The notes below the pieces were generated by a model. That model was not told where the DNA came from, did not search any database, and saw only the letters and a program-made list of their open reading frames with translations. Position numbers and translations under genes: made by a program. From positions 1 through 62,397 of the forward strand of contig JAFGBH010000047.1 of assembly GCA_016933215.1 (NCBI GenBank): a stretch of DNA of 62,397 nucleotides, given 5' to 3'. Source of the DNA: Deltaproteobacteria bacterium. Lineage in GTDB: Bacteria; Desulfobacterota; Syntrophia; Syntrophales; UBA2210. Below are positions 30,119-40,799 of this stretch, piece by piece. Numbering within the stretch: position 1 is the stretch's first letter; each line of letters starts with the position of its first letter.

Positions 30119-32638
30119 ATGTCTAAGATAAGAGTTTACGAGTTGGCAAAAGAACTCGGAATGGACAACAAGGAACTGATTGCACGGCTGGAAAAGTTTG
30201 GAATTGCCGTGAAGGCGCATTCGAGTTCTCTCGAAGAAAGCGATGTCGAACGGATACGGAAAGAGTTCTCTTTGGGGGAACGAAACAAAGTTATAGAGAA
30301 AAGGGTGAAATCGACCGTTATACGACGAAGGGCCATTCGCCAGCCCGCCGAGGTAATAAAGTCCGTGGAGGCCGAAGAAGATGTTTCTGAAGAGCCGGTG
30401 GAAGAAGTTCAGAAGACAGCACCGGAAGAAGTAGTCGAAGGGCTGCCGGAGAAGAAGGCAGAAAAAGAAAAAGAGACGAAAGAGGCCCCGGAGGTAAAAG
30501 AAAAAGAAGAAAAGCGGCCAAAGGTGAGGGTAAAAGTACTCTCTGTCCCGAAGGTCATCCCAAAGAAGGAAGAAGAGGAAAAACCCAAAGAGAAGGCGGC
30601 AGTAAAAGAACCACCACCGCCGGAAAAGCCAGAACCCACGGTAATGGCACCGGAAGAGAAAGAGGTTGTAGCGGAAGTTCCCGACAGTAGGAAGAAGCGA
30701 AAACGCCCCGTCGAGGTGGTGGTTGAAGAAGCACCGGTGAAAAAGAAGGCCTTTGTCAGGCAGCTTGTTGAAAAAAAGGAAAAACGGTCGAAAAAGGATA
30801 AGGATAGAGAGGTTAGAAGGAGCTGGAAGGAGGAGAAGAAAAAAACCGTCGTCGAGATGAAGGAGACGGAGATCACAACTCCCAAGGCCATTAAACGGAG
30901 GGTAAAAGTAGAAGAGGCGATACGGGTCGGAGACCTGGCAAAAAAAATGGGGGTGAAGGCCAGCGAACTGATTGCCAAGCTGATAGCACTGGGTGTGATG
31001 GTAACCATCAATCAATCGATTGATATTGATACGGCGACACTCATCGCCGGCGAGTTTGGTTACAGTGTCGAGGCCGCCGGTGTTGATTACCAGGAAACAG
31101 TCGAGAAGACTAAAGTGTCTCCCGAAAAGCTCAAACCCCGTGCCCCCGTGATTACCATTATGGGGCATGTTGATCACGGAAAGACCTCGCTCCTCGATGT
31201 GATAAGGAAGACGAACGTGATTGGAGGAGAATCGGGAGGTATCACCCAGGCGATCGGTGCCTATCATGTCCATATTAATGGGAAAGATATTGTGTTTCTC
31301 GATACGCCGGGCCACGAGGCCTTTACCGCAATGCGAGCGCGCGGCGCGCAAGTCACTGATATCGTGGTACTTGTCGTTGCTGCCGAGGACGGAGTGATGG
31401 ACCAGACCGTTGAGGCGATTAATCATGCAAAGGCTGCCGGAGTTCCCATCATTGTTGCGATAAATAAGATAGACAAAGCGAATGCCGATCCGGAACGAAT
31501 CAAGCAACAACTTTCCGAACTCGAACTCGTGCCAGAAGATTGGGGGGGAGATACCATCTATGTCGAGGTTTCCGCGAAAAAGAATGTGGGCATCGAGGAA
31601 CTGATGGAATTGATTCTTCTCCAGGCTGACATCATGGAACTCAAGGCGGATCCTGACATGCCTGCCCAGGGAGTGATTATAGAATCAAAACTTGACCGAG
31701 GAAGGGGTCCCGTGGCCACAGTGATAGTCCAGCAGGGCACTTTGACAGAGGGAGATGCCCTCGTTTCCCGAAAAGAGTATGCCAGAGTACGGGCTATGAT
31801 GAACGACAAGGGGCAGCGTGTCGAGAAGGCAGGTCCCTCCATGCCTGTAGAGGTGATAGGATTTTCAAATGTGCCACAGGCAGGAATGGATTTTATGTGC
31901 GTCGAGGATGAAAAAAAGGCGCGAAGCATAAGCGAGTACTGGGTGAGAAAAGAGCGGGAAAGGGAACTTTCAAAGACATCGAAGATAACGCTGGAGCAGT
32001 TGTATGAAAGGATAAAAGAGGGGGGTAAGGAATTTAACGTTATCATCAAGGGTGATGTCCATGGGTCCGTAGAGGCCCTTTCCGATGCCCTTCTGAAACT
32101 CAGTACCGACGACGTAAAGCTTGCAATAATCCATGGTTCGGCGGGCGCGATTACGGAGACAGATGTTATGCTGGCCTCCGCATCTGATGCAATTATTCTA
32201 GGATTTAAGGTGAGACCCGATCTCAGGGTTTCTGAACTGGCAGAAAGTGAAGGGGTCGATATCAAGCTCTATGATGTGATCTACGACACCATTGCAGACG
32301 TAAGGGCCGCCATGGAGGGGCTCCTGGATCCCATTTATGAGGAGGTCGTTCAGGGACGGGCTGAAGTGAGACAGATATTTAAGGTCCCCCGCGTCGGGGC
32401 CGTAGCCGGGAGTTACGTCACCGACGGCAAGGTGACGAGAAATGGTGGTTTGAGATTGTTGAGGGACGGCGTTGTTGTGTTTGATGGCTCCCTTCTTTCG
32501 CTCCGGCGATTCAAGGATGATGCAAAAGAAGTGGTTTCCGGGTTTGAGTGCGGCATAGGGATCGAAGGATTCAACGATATAAAGGAGGGAGATATCATAG
32601 AATCCTATATAAAAAAGGAAGTGGCAAGGAAATTATAA
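30119..32638 (+). CDS. infB: translation initiation factor IF-2
   Basis: [17 protein letters not shown]. Confidence 0.99.
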   Translation: MSKIRVYELAKELGMDNKELIARLEKFGIAVKAHSSSLEESDVERIRKEFSLGERNKVIEKRVKSTVIRRRAIRQPAEVIKSVEAEEDVSEEPVEEVQKTAPEEVVEGLPEKKAEKEKETKEAPEVKEKEEKRPKVRVKVLSVPKVIPKKEEEEKPKEKAAVKEPPPPEKPEPTVMAPEEKEVVAEVPDSRKKRKRPVEVVVEEAPVKKKAFVRQLVEKKEKRSKKDKDREVRRSWKEEKKKTVVEMKETEITTPKAIKRRVKVEEAIRVGDLAKKMGVKASELIAKLIALGVMVTINQSIDIDTATLIAGEFGYSVEAAGVDYQETVEKTKVSPEKLKPRAPVITIMGHVDHGKTSLLDVIRKTNVIGGESGGITQAIGAYHVHINGKDIVFLDTPGHEAFTAMRARGAQVTDIVVLVVAAEDGVMDQTVEAINHAKAAGVPIIVAINKIDKANADPERIKQQLSELELVPEDWGGDTIYVEVSAKKNVGIEELMELILLQADIMELKADPDMPAQGVIIESKLDRGRGPVATVIVQQGTLTEGDALVSRKEYARVRAMMNDKGQRVEKAGPSMPVEVIGFSNVPQAGMDFMCVEDEKKARSISEYWVRKERERELSKTSKITLEQLYERIKEGGKEFNVIIKGDVHGSVEALSDALLKLSTDDVKLAIIHGSAGAITETDVMLASASDAIILGFKVRPDLRVSELAESEGVDIKLYDVIYDTIADVRAAMEGLLDPIYEEVVQGRAEVRQIFKVPRVGAVAGSYVTDGKVTRNGGLRLLRDGVVVFDGSLLSLRRFKDDAKEVVSGFECGIGIEGFNDIKEGDIIESYIKKEVARKL

Positions 32639-32687
32639 ACAACACAGAGCGGAAAGTCAGTCTGTCTGAGATCACGGTAGTGGTACG

Positions 32688-33005
32688 ATGGTGGTCGGTA
32701 TAGGAATTATCGATATTTATATTGCTGAGAGCAGATCTTTGAAAGATAAACGGGCAGTCCTGCGAAGTGTCCTGAAGCGGACGAAAAACAAATTCAATAT
32801 TTCCATAGCGGAGATCGAAGAGCATGACAACTGGAAGATGGGAAGAATTGGATTCAGCGCGGTGGGAAACGACAGGAGCTTTGTTAATTCTAAGGTTGAT
32901 AAGGTGATACAGTTTATCGAGCACCTGAACCTTGCCGAGGTGATCAACTCCAAGATAGAGATTTCAAACGTTTCCGAAGTGATGGATGGATATGCTTATG
33001 AGTAG
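32688..33005 (+). CDS. DUF503 (YlxP) family protein
   Basis: SLKDKR, FNISIAE; position between infB and rbfA. Confidence 0.88.
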   Translation: MVVGIGIIDIYIAESRSLKDKRAVLRSVLKRTKNKFNISIAEIEEHDNWKMGRIGFSAVGNDRSFVNSKVDKVIQFIEHLNLAEVINSKIEISNVSEVMDGYAYE

Positions 33006-33126
33006 GGAACCGGCTCTCGAAACAGTGGGTTGCTCGACTTCACCCTCCCTGTGCCTTCGGGGACGATTCATGGTGATCCCAGGGGAATGATTGATTGACT
33101 GCGGGGTGAAGACGAAAGGTGTTACG

Positions 33127-33468
33127 ATGAGTTTTAAAAGGGCTGACAGAGTCTCTGATCTCATAAAGGCGGAGATCACAAATATACTGCTGAGACAGGT
33201 GAGGGATCCGCGGGTCCAAAATGTGACCATTACCGACGTGAAGATGAGTGATGATCTGCGTCAGGCAAAGATATATTTCGTTCCCATGGGCATTGACAGC
33301 GTGGCTGATGAAGTGAAGGAGGGCCTTAAAAGGGCCACCGGTTTTCTGAAGAGGGAGTTGGGAAAGAGGTTACAGCTTCGGTATGTTCCCGATGTAACAT
33401 TTATCTTCGATAGGTCCTTCGATTACGGGGATCGTATCGAGCGATTACTCGGAGAGATAGAAAAATAG
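33127..33468 (+). CDS. rbfA: ribosome-binding factor A
   Basis: RADRV, DPR, LRYVP. Confidence 0.95.
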   Translation: MSFKRADRVSDLIKAEITNILLRQVRDPRVQNVTITDVKMSDDLRQAKIYFVPMGIDSVADEVKEGLKRATGFLKRELGKRLQLRYVPDVTFIFDRSFDYGDRIERLLGEIEK

Positions 33469-33477
33469 AGAAGTCGG

Positions 33478-34437
33478 ATGTTGGAAAAAATAGTTGAGAT
33501 CATAAATTCGGGACATCGTTTTCTCGTCGCCTCACACGTGAGACCTGACGGCGATGCCATCGGATCTATCCTGGCCATGTATCATGCACTGAGAGATATG
33601 GGCAAGGAAGTGGTAGTTTATAACCATGATAAGGTGCCCGAGATTTACAGATTCCTCCCTGATTCGGAGGTTATTGTTCACACCATCGATTCCGTTGATG
33701 CCTTCGATGCAGTGATTCTTTTGGACTGCAGTGAGATGGAAAGGGTGGGCGATGAGGTTGAAAAGATAGGTGCAATTGGAACTATCATTAACATTGATCA
33801 TCATGTATCAAATAATGGCTTTTCTCCCCATTCGCTCGTTGATACAAAGGCAAGCTCTACGGGGGAGATAATCTACGGGCTTATTACGATGCTTGGGGTG
33901 ACTATTACAAAAGATATTGCTACGAGCATCTATACGGCGGTAATGACAGACACGGGCGCCTTCTGCTATTCCAATACGACGAGCGATACCCTGAAATTGG
34001 CGGCGAGCCTGGTTACGGCAGGTGCGGACCCCCGTAGGATTGCCGAAAACGTGTACGAGACAAAGCCCCTGATTCAGATCAAACTAATGGAGAAGGCCCT
34101 TAATACCTTGGCGTTTGACGTAAACGGGAGAATAGGATCGATTGTGGTAACGCAGGAGATGTTAACGGAACTGGGGGCACTACCGGAGCACACGGAGGGT
34201 CTCGTGGATCTGGTCCGTTCCATAGCGGGTGTTGACGTGGCTGTCTTTTATCAGGAGATGTCGAAAAATAATTTTAAGGCGAGCCTCCGATCAAAGGGAG
34301 ATATAGACATAGAAAAAGTTGCCCGTGAGTTTGACGGAGGGGGTCATATCAATGCCTCCGCCTGCAGGTTAGAGGGTGCTATTGATGCCGTCAAGGGGAA
34401 GCTTACCGGTTCAATAATGAGGATTATTGCTGAGTAG
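33478..34437 (+). CDS. nrnA: DHH-family oligoribonuclease/PAP phosphatase
   Basis: HVRPDGDA, IDHH, GGGH. Confidence 0.9.
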   Translation: MLEKIVEIINSGHRFLVASHVRPDGDAIGSILAMYHALRDMGKEVVVYNHDKVPEIYRFLPDSEVIVHTIDSVDAFDAVILLDCSEMERVGDEVEKIGAIGTIINIDHHVSNNGFSPHSLVDTKASSTGEIIYGLITMLGVTITKDIATSIYTAVMTDTGAFCYSNTTSDTLKLAASLVTAGADPRRIAENVYETKPLIQIKLMEKALNTLAFDVNGRIGSIVVTQEMLTELGALPEHTEGLVDLVRSIAGVDVAVFYQEMSKNNFKASLRSKGDIDIEKVAREFDGGGHINASACRLEGAIDAVKGKLTGSIMRIIAE

Positions 34438-34467
34438 CCTCGATATGTTCGAGACGGGGATCTATGT

Positions 34468-35400
34468 ATGAATGGAATTGTCGTCATAGACAAGCCGTCA
34501 GGAAAGACATCCTTTGATGTCATTCGTGATGTGAGACGCCTGGTAAAGGTGAAGAAGATAGGGCATACGGGAACTCTTGACCCGCTCGCTACGGGGGTGC
34601 TTCCCCTCTGTATCAATGAGGCGACAAAACTTGTACGGTTCTTTTCAGATGATGATAAGACCTACCGCGCCACCATGCTTCTCGGAATGGAGACCGATAC
34701 CCTTGATATAGAAGGTACGGTGACGGCCAGGCGCCGGGTTGATATCGGAGTCGGTGATATTGAGAAGGTGGCAGGTGAGTTTGTAGGTGAAATCGAGCAG
34801 ACGCCGCCGCGATATTCGGCCATCAAATTCAAGGGGAAACCCCTTTATAAGTGGGCGCGAACAGGTATGCCTATCGATCCGGCTCCTCGAAAGGTCACGA
34901 TATACGGGATCACGATAGAGGATATTGACCTCCCCTATGTCACCTTTGAGGTTTCCTGCTCGAAGGGTACGTACATACGGTCACTCTGTGCGGATATCGG
35001 TTTACGACTGGGCTGTGGTGCGTGCATGTCCGGTCTCAGGAGAAGGAAAAGCGGCTACTTTGGAGAACAAACGGCACTCAGTCTTGAGAATCTTGATGAT
35101 AAAAGACGGCTAGAAATGATAAAAGAGAGCCTGATACCCATGGTCGATGCTCTCCCCGATTACCGCTCCATTTCTGTCGCAGATGAGATTGCCGAGAGGA
35201 TCAGAAAGGGCTATCAGCCCGATTCCGAAACCCTGGGTGTTAATGCAATTCCCTCCCTTGACCGGGGGGATATTATAAAGCTCGTGACGAAGGATAAGAA
35301 AATGGTGGCCGTTGCCAGGATGCGTCGTGCTGTCCGTGACGCTTTCTGCTCGGATGATAATGGGAACATAGTAGAAATATTACGGGTATTCAATAATTAA
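34468..35400 (+). CDS. truB: tRNA pseudouridine(55) synthase
   Basis: GHTGTLDPLATGVL, SKGTYIRS. Confidence 0.97.
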   Translation: MNGIVVIDKPSGKTSFDVIRDVRRLVKVKKIGHTGTLDPLATGVLPLCINEATKLVRFFSDDDKTYRATMLLGMETDTLDIEGTVTARRRVDIGVGDIEKVAGEFVGEIEQTPPRYSAIKFKGKPLYKWARTGMPIDPAPRKVTIYGITIEDIDLPYVTFEVSCSKGTYIRSLCADIGLRLGCGACMSGLRRRKSGYFGEQTALSLENLDDKRRLEMIKESLIPMVDALPDYRSISVADEIAERIRKGYQPDSETLGVNAIPSLDRGDIIKLVTKDKKMVAVARMRRAVRDAFCSDDNGNIVEILRVFNN

Positions 35401-35480
35401 GCGTGATGAGCGGGGCCTGACAGGTCCCGATGGTTATAGGTAAAGAAATTATTAACTCTAGTGAGGGAGGATAAATAGCA

Positions 35481-35747
35481 GTGTTAGAAGAAGCGAAAAA
35501 GAAGGAACTAATTGGTACTTTTCAGGCCCATGATAATGATACGGGATCCCCGGAGGTTCAGATTGCCCTTTTGAGTGCGAGGATAACCTATTTGACGGAA
35601 CATTTTAAGGTTCATAAAAAGGATCATCATTCCAGAAGGGGGCTTTTGAAGCTCGTGGGACGGAGAAGGAGATTGCTTGATTACCTTAAGAAAAAGGATG
35701 TCGAACGGTACAGAGAGATTATCAAACGCCTTGGTCTGAGAAGATAG
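35481..35747 (+). CDS. rpsO: 30S ribosomal protein S15
   Basis: [21 protein letters not shown]. Confidence 0.99.
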   Translation: MLEEAKKKELIGTFQAHDNDTGSPEVQIALLSARITYLTEHFKVHKKDHHSRRGLLKLVGRRRRLLDYLKKKDVERYREIIKRLGLRR

Positions 35748-35789
35748 TAGTAATGAGTAAAATTAAAACATGAGGAGTAAACATATACG

Positions 35790-37922
35790 ATGAGCGAACA
35801 ATTTAAAACAAATTTCGCGGGAAGGGAAATTTCCGTGAAAACCAATTACATGGCAGGACAGGCCGATGGTTCCGCCCTCGTCACCTATGGTGATACGGTG
35901 GTGCTTGTAACGGTTGTTTCCCAAAAGACCAAAAGAGAAGGCGTCGATTTTATGCCCCTTACGGTGGATTACCAGGAAACGACCTCTGCCGCCGGAAAGA
36001 TACCGGGAGGATTTTTCAAACGCGAGGGACGACCGAATGAAAAGGAGGTATTGACATCCAGGATAATTGACAGGTCTACTCGTCCTCTTTTTCCGAAAGG
36101 ATTTTCTTATGAAACACAGATTATAGCCTCAGTACTTTCTTTCGATAATGAAAACGGTTCAGATGCGGCGGCGATGTTGGGTACCTCTACCGCACTTGGC
36201 ATATCCGATATCCCTTTCAACGGTCCCATTGTGGGGGTCAGGGTGGCGCGATTGGAGGACACGTTTATCTGCAATCCCTCGACTGAACAGACGGAAGAGA
36301 GCGATATAGACCTTTTCCTGGTGGGAAGAAAGATAGTTCCCGGTACGGAAGGGAGAGCATTCGATGTGAACCTGGTGATGGTTGAAGGGGGATCGAACGA
36401 GGTCGGCGAGGATGTCATCATAGATGCCATAAACTTCGGCCTTGAGGAAATGAGGCCGGCCATAGAACTTCAGGATCAGATCTGCGAGGCCATTGGAAAA
36501 GAAAAAAGGGTCGTGGAACCGGTTGAAATTGATGAGGGCCTGAGGCAATCCGTCTATGAAAAAGCGAGCGAGGGGCTGAAGAAGGCCTATATGATTGCGG
36601 CAAAGCAGGAAAGACAGGCTGCGATAAAAGAAGTGCATGGCGAGGTGAGGGACAAGATCATCACGGAGGCCGGCGAGGACAATGGCGGTCTTTCCTTTCA
36701 GGTGAATGCGCTCCTTGAAGAACTGGAAAACAAGATTCTTCGTGACATGATACTGAAGGATAAGAGGAGGATAGACAATAGGACGTCGGATCAGATACGG
36801 CCGATCACCTCTGAAGTGGGAATACTTCCCAGGACTCACGGATCGTCCGTATTTACGCGGGGAGAAACCCAGTCTCTTGTGGTGCTCACGCTCGGCACCT
36901 CGTCGGACGAACAGCGCATGGACTATATCAGTGGTGAGGAATTCAGGTCGTTCCTGCTTCACTATAATTTTCCTCCCTATTCAGTGGGTGAAGCACGATT
37001 CCTGAGGGGTCCGGGAAGAAGGGAAATAGGGCACGGAGCCCTCGCCAGGAGGGCGTTACTTCCCCTGTTGCCTTCCCAGGAAGAATTTCCCTATACGATC
37101 AGGATTGTGTCGGAGATACTGTCTTCCAACGGTTCCTCATCCATGGCTACGGTATGCGGAGGATCCCTTTCCCTTATGGATGCCGGGGTTCCTGTCAAGG
37201 ATATCGTTGCAGGTATTGCCATGGGACTCTTAAAAGAGGGTGATGACGTGGTCATTCTCTCCGATATCATGGGTGATGAAGATCATGCGGGAGATATGGA
37301 CTTCAAGGTCTGCGGTACGGAAAAGGGTATCACCGCCATGCAGATGGACATAAAAATCGACGGTGTGAACGAAGCTATATTAAGAAAGGCGCTCGATCAG
37401 GCGCGTGACGGAAGGCTCTTTATCATCGGCAAGCTCAGGGAGACAATTTCAGAGCCCCGCAAAGAACTTTCCAAGCATGCCCCCCGCATTACGACCATTA
37501 CGGTTAAGCAGGATAAGATTAGAGACGTCATTGGTACCGGGGGAAAGAATATCAGGCACATTATCAGCGAGACGGGTGCAGAAATTAATGTGGATGACAG
37601 CGGAACCGTTACCATTGCATCGAGTGATGAGAATGCATCAATCAGGGCTATTGCAATGATCAAGGCACTGACCGAAGAGGCCGAGATTGGCAAGATTTAT
37701 CTCGGTACGGTAAAAAAGATCGTCGATTTCGGTGCCTTTGTCGAGATCATCCCGGGCACGGACGGCCTGGTGCATATATCGCAGCTCGAAAACAGAAGAG
37801 TGAACAAGGTAACCGACGTGCTGAATGAAGGTGACGAAGTCTACGTTAAGGTTATCGATATCGACAGAAATGGAAAGATCAAGCTGAGCAGAAAAGATGC
37901 CCTCAACGAAAAGGGTGAATAG
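35790..37922 (+). CDS. pnp: polyribonucleotide nucleotidyltransferase
   Basis: [24 protein letters not shown] and S1 domains. Confidence 0.99.
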   Translation: MSEQFKTNFAGREISVKTNYMAGQADGSALVTYGDTVVLVTVVSQKTKREGVDFMPLTVDYQETTSAAGKIPGGFFKREGRPNEKEVLTSRIIDRSTRPLFPKGFSYETQIIASVLSFDNENGSDAAAMLGTSTALGISDIPFNGPIVGVRVARLEDTFICNPSTEQTEESDIDLFLVGRKIVPGTEGRAFDVNLVMVEGGSNEVGEDVIIDAINFGLEEMRPAIELQDQICEAIGKEKRVVEPVEIDEGLRQSVYEKASEGLKKAYMIAAKQERQAAIKEVHGEVRDKIITEAGEDNGGLSFQVNALLEELENKILRDMILKDKRRIDNRTSDQIRPITSEVGILPRTHGSSVFTRGETQSLVVLTLGTSSDEQRMDYISGEEFRSFLLHYNFPPYSVGEARFLRGPGRREIGHGALARRALLPLLPSQEEFPYTIRIVSEILSSNGSSSMATVCGGSLSLMDAGVPVKDIVAGIAMGLLKEGDDVVILSDIMGDEDHAGDMDFKVCGTEKGITAMQMDIKIDGVNEAILRKALDQARDGRLFIIGKLRETISEPRKELSKHAPRITTITVKQDKIRDVIGTGGKNIRHIISETGAEINVDDSGTVTIASSDENASIRAIAMIKALTEEAEIGKIYLGTVKKIVDFGAFVEIIPGTDGLVHISQLENRRVNKVTDVLNEGDEVYVKVIDIDRNGKIKLSRKDALNEKGE

Positions 37923-37948
37923 AAAGACGTTCCGGTTGTTGTGACACG

Positions 37949-38389
37949 ATGCTTACGGTGCGAATCAGGAGGCTTGGCAGCAACACAGACCTTGCGCTTC
38001 CAACGTATATGACGGGAAATTCAGCCGGCATGGATATCTTTGCCGCCCTCGAAGGTGATGAGGTTTTACTTCCCGGCGAGCGAAAGCTCATTCCCACCGG
38101 AATAGAAATTGAGATTCCGAAGGGGTATGAGGCCCAGGTGAGGCCGAGAAGCGGTCTCGCTGTCAAAAATGGCGTAACGGTGCTCAACACCCCCGGCACG
38201 GTTGATTCCGATTACAGGGGAGAAATAAAAGTCATCTTGATTAATCAGGGTGAAAAGCCCTTTGTCATTAAAAGGGGTGACCGAATAGCCCAGATGATTG
38301 TAAGCCCCGTATCGAGGGTTTCCTGGGACCTGGTAGAGACCCTCGATGAAACGGAGCGGGGAAGAGGCGGTTTCGGTCATACTGGCTGA
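37949..38389 (+). CDS. dut: dUTP diphosphatase
   Basis: RPRSG, GTVDSDYRGE, RGRGGFGHTG. Confidence 0.97.
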   Translation: MLTVRIRRLGSNTDLALPTYMTGNSAGMDIFAALEGDEVLLPGERKLIPTGIEIEIPKGYEAQVRPRSGLAVKNGVTVLNTPGTVDSDYRGEIKVILINQGEKPFVIKRGDRIAQMIVSPVSRVSWDLVETLDETERGRGGFGHTG

Positions 38390-38480
38390 AGGCTGTTGAT
38401 AAAAGCTCAAAAAAGAATTGCCTGGAGGGCATTTTCCAGGAAGACTCTCCTGATCTGATCTTCTGTCGGGTCTAGAAAAG

Positions 38481-38513
38481 AACCCCCTTCCGTTTTGTGG
38501 AAGGGGTTTTTTT
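38481..38513 (+). terminator. intrinsic terminator after pnp-dut
   Basis: CCCCTTCC...GGAAGGGG followed by T7. Confidence 0.8.
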
Positions 38514-38595
38514 GTTTGTTTTATCGTTTTATTTAGTGTATTTACACACAAAGTCAGGGGGAGACCCTGTCGCGATGCGAGGACGCGAAGGTGCA

Positions 38596-39765
38596 ATGAA
38601 AAAATACAAGGTCAAAAAGACAATAAAAGAGATAAATGAAAAGATAAAGTCGGGAAAGGCTGTCATCGTGACAGCGGAAGAGATTATCGACATCGTCGAG
38701 AAAAAGGGTAGCGTCGAGGCGGCCCGGAAGATTGATGTGGTAACGACGGGAACCTTCAGTCCCATGTGTTCCTCCGGTGCATTTCTTAATTTTGGTCATA
38801 CATCACCCAAGATACGGGCATCAAAGATATGGCTCAATGATGTCAATGCCTATGGAGGGATTGCCGCCGTTGATTGCTATATAGGGGCGACGGAAGTTGC
38901 AGAAGGGGATCCCCTGAACAGCATTCATCCCGGTGAATTCAATTATGGCGGTGGACATGTTTTAGAGGATCTCGTGGCAGGCAATATTATCAGGCTCCGT
39001 CTCGAGTCCTACGGTACCGACTGTTACCCTTCCAGAAAACATGAGAAGAGCATCACCATTCATGACCTGAGAGATGCCATCCTCTTCAACCCGAGAAATG
39101 CTTACCAGAACTATAACTGTGCCGTAAACATGTCCGACAGGACGATTTATACTTATATGGGTGTTCTGAGACCCTTTATGGCAAATGCGACCTATTCTAC
39201 CTCCGGGCAGTTAAGCCCCCTTCTTAATGATCCCTATTTCAGGACCATAGGTGTAGGAACTCGGATATTCCTCGGTGGCGCAAAGGGGTATGTTGCATGG
39301 CAGGGCACGCAGCATAACGCTCATGTGATGAGGGGAGAAAACGGGGTTCCCAAAGAGGGGGCAGGAACACTCGCGGTAATCGGGGACATGAAAAAAATGA
39401 GTCCCGACTGGCTCGTTGGTGCGAGCATGCTTGGATACGGTGTCTCTCTCTATGTGGGAATAGGGATACCAATACCTCTTCTCAACGAGGAAATAGCTCG
39501 GTTCACTGCGGTCAGAGATGAGGATATCTATGCCCAGGTCTATGATTACGGTGTCGATTATCCGAGCGGGACGGGCAAGAGCTTGGGAGAGGTGAGTTAT
39601 AAAGAGCTGAGAAGTGGCACAATAGTCCTGAATGGCAAAAAGATCGATACGGCGCCCATGTCGAGCTATTATAAGGCAAGAGAGATCGCGGCGATACTGA
39701 AAGAGTGGATGGAAAAAGGGGAGTTTCTCTTGGGAGAAGCGCAACAATTACTTCCTTCGGAGTAG
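38596..39765 (+). CDS. DUF39 homocysteine biosynthesis protein (aspartate semialdehyde sulfurtransferase family)
   Basis: DVVTTGTFSPMCSSGA, YGTDCYP, NPRNAYQNY, SPLLNDP. Confidence 0.88.
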   Translation: MKKYKVKKTIKEINEKIKSGKAVIVTAEEIIDIVEKKGSVEAARKIDVVTTGTFSPMCSSGAFLNFGHTSPKIRASKIWLNDVNAYGGIAAVDCYIGATEVAEGDPLNSIHPGEFNYGGGHVLEDLVAGNIIRLRLESYGTDCYPSRKHEKSITIHDLRDAILFNPRNAYQNYNCAVNMSDRTIYTYMGVLRPFMANATYSTSGQLSPLLNDPYFRTIGVGTRIFLGGAKGYVAWQGTQHNAHVMRGENGVPKEGAGTLAVIGDMKKMSPDWLVGASMLGYGVSLYVGIGIPIPLLNEEIARFTAVRDEDIYAQVYDYGVDYPSGTGKSLGEVSYKELRSGTIVLNGKKIDTAPMSSYYKAREIAAILKEWMEKGEFLLGEAQQLLPSE

Positions 39766-39773
39766 TAACAAAT

Positions 39774-39822
39774 GTGACCGGGGGCGCACCCGCAAGCCCT
39801 GCCCCGTGGGCGGGGAGCCTCA
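39774..39822 (+). mobile_element. family B 49-bp palindromic element, copy 1
   Basis: GTGACCGGGGGCGCACCCGCAAGCCCTGCCCCGTGGGCGGGGAGCCTCA; near-identical copy at 57436-57484 on the minus strand. Confidence 0.65.
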
Positions 39823-39931
39823 CTATAAAAGTGCTTGGACCTGATTTTGCATTGATTACAAGTTATGATCGTTGTCCATACAATGGCATTTCGCCTTCAT
39901 TTATTTCTGAAAGAAAGCATAGGGATAAAGG

Positions 39932-39947
39932 GGTGATTCATTTCACA
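39932..39947. promoter_or_regulatory. CRP/FNR-family-like box
   Basis: GGTGA-ttcatt-TCACA. Confidence 0.35.
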
Positions 39948-39954
39948 CCTGGAG

Positions 39955-39985
39955 TATGAGAAATTTCATTGAAACATTTCTCATA
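39955..39985. promoter_or_regulatory. operator-like inverted repeat
   Basis: TATGAGAAAT-N11-ATTTCTCATA, perfect 10-bp arms. Confidence 0.4.
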
Positions 39986-40048
39986 GACCTATATGTTGTA
40001 AGAAAAATTTTACATTTCGCAACTCTTCTTTAATGATTGTTCATTGAA

Positions 40049-40130
40049 AATCGATAAAGGCAAACTACTCGTGAGGGTAGGACGCAAAGCCATGGGTCCG
40101 TATGCAACGGATCGCCAGGCCGCCGAAGTT
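40049..40130 (+). ncRNA. c-di-GMP-I (GEMM-I) riboswitch
   Basis: tcg-ataaaGGCAAACTACTC-GTGA-GGGTAGGACGCAAAGCC...GTCCG-loop-CGGAT-CGCCAGGCCGCC-ga; GNRA loop; G20, A47 and C92 equivalents present. Confidence 0.88.
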
Positions 40131-40439
40131 TTCAATTCGAAACGATTACGTATCTTCTGCCTGTGATATCCCGCAGATTATCAAGCCGCATCGCAAACGG
40201 TATATTCATAAAATTTCCACCCCAATGCATATTCCCCCTCAGAACAGGTAATAACTTCTTCGAAATGCCTTGTGGGCTATAAGCATGAAAAGGAAGTTAT
40301 TCCAAGGTGATGCCCACATCACTTATCAGGAGTTGATCATCTCATCTGGGTGAGGAAGAACGTGGCCAGAATTATTAATTGCAAAAAATCTTTTTCTGTG
40401 TATACTACCCTCAAACCTTTACAGAAAAGGGGATAAACT

Positions 40440-40706
40440 ATGAAGATAGGCAGGTTGCTCTTGATACCCTTTTCTCTTATCATTCTTCTCATAGTATTTG
40501 GAGATAAAGGCCTCAGAGATTACTGCAAATTACAGGAAAAGCTATCTTCAATAAGGGAGGTGAATGGCCTTATAGTCAACGAAAACAAAGCCTTGAAAAA
40601 AGAGATTATGTTGCTGAGAGGCGATGCTCGATACATTGAAATGGTGGCAAGAAGAGAACTTGGCATGGTGGACGAGAAGGATATTGTGTATCAATTTGTA
40701 GAGTAG
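40440..40706 (+). CDS. septum formation initiator FtsB/DivIC family
   Basis: TM, FGDKG, coiled coil, IEMVARRELGMV. Confidence 0.88.
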   Translation: MKIGRLLLIPFSLIILLIVFGDKGLRDYCKLQEKLSSIREVNGLIVNENKALKKEIMLLRGDARYIEMVARRELGMVDEKDIVYQFVE

Positions 40707-40799
40707 TCCCAGGGAGATTGTTGCGAAGGAGTGGAATATCAAAATTAGGGCTTGTGTATAATGCGCATGAGCCTTATAATTGCCGGAAGGCGTGAGGCT

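Noticed and set aside
30113-31510. Long antisense ORFs (e.g. 465 aa opposite infB; also 53003-54019, 36159-36962, 46314-47153)
   Set aside because: Shadow frames of well-conserved genes on the opposite strand, with no protein motifs
38390-38404. AGGCTGTTGATAAA as an IS terminal inverted repeat
   Set aside because: No matching opposite end or transposase nearby
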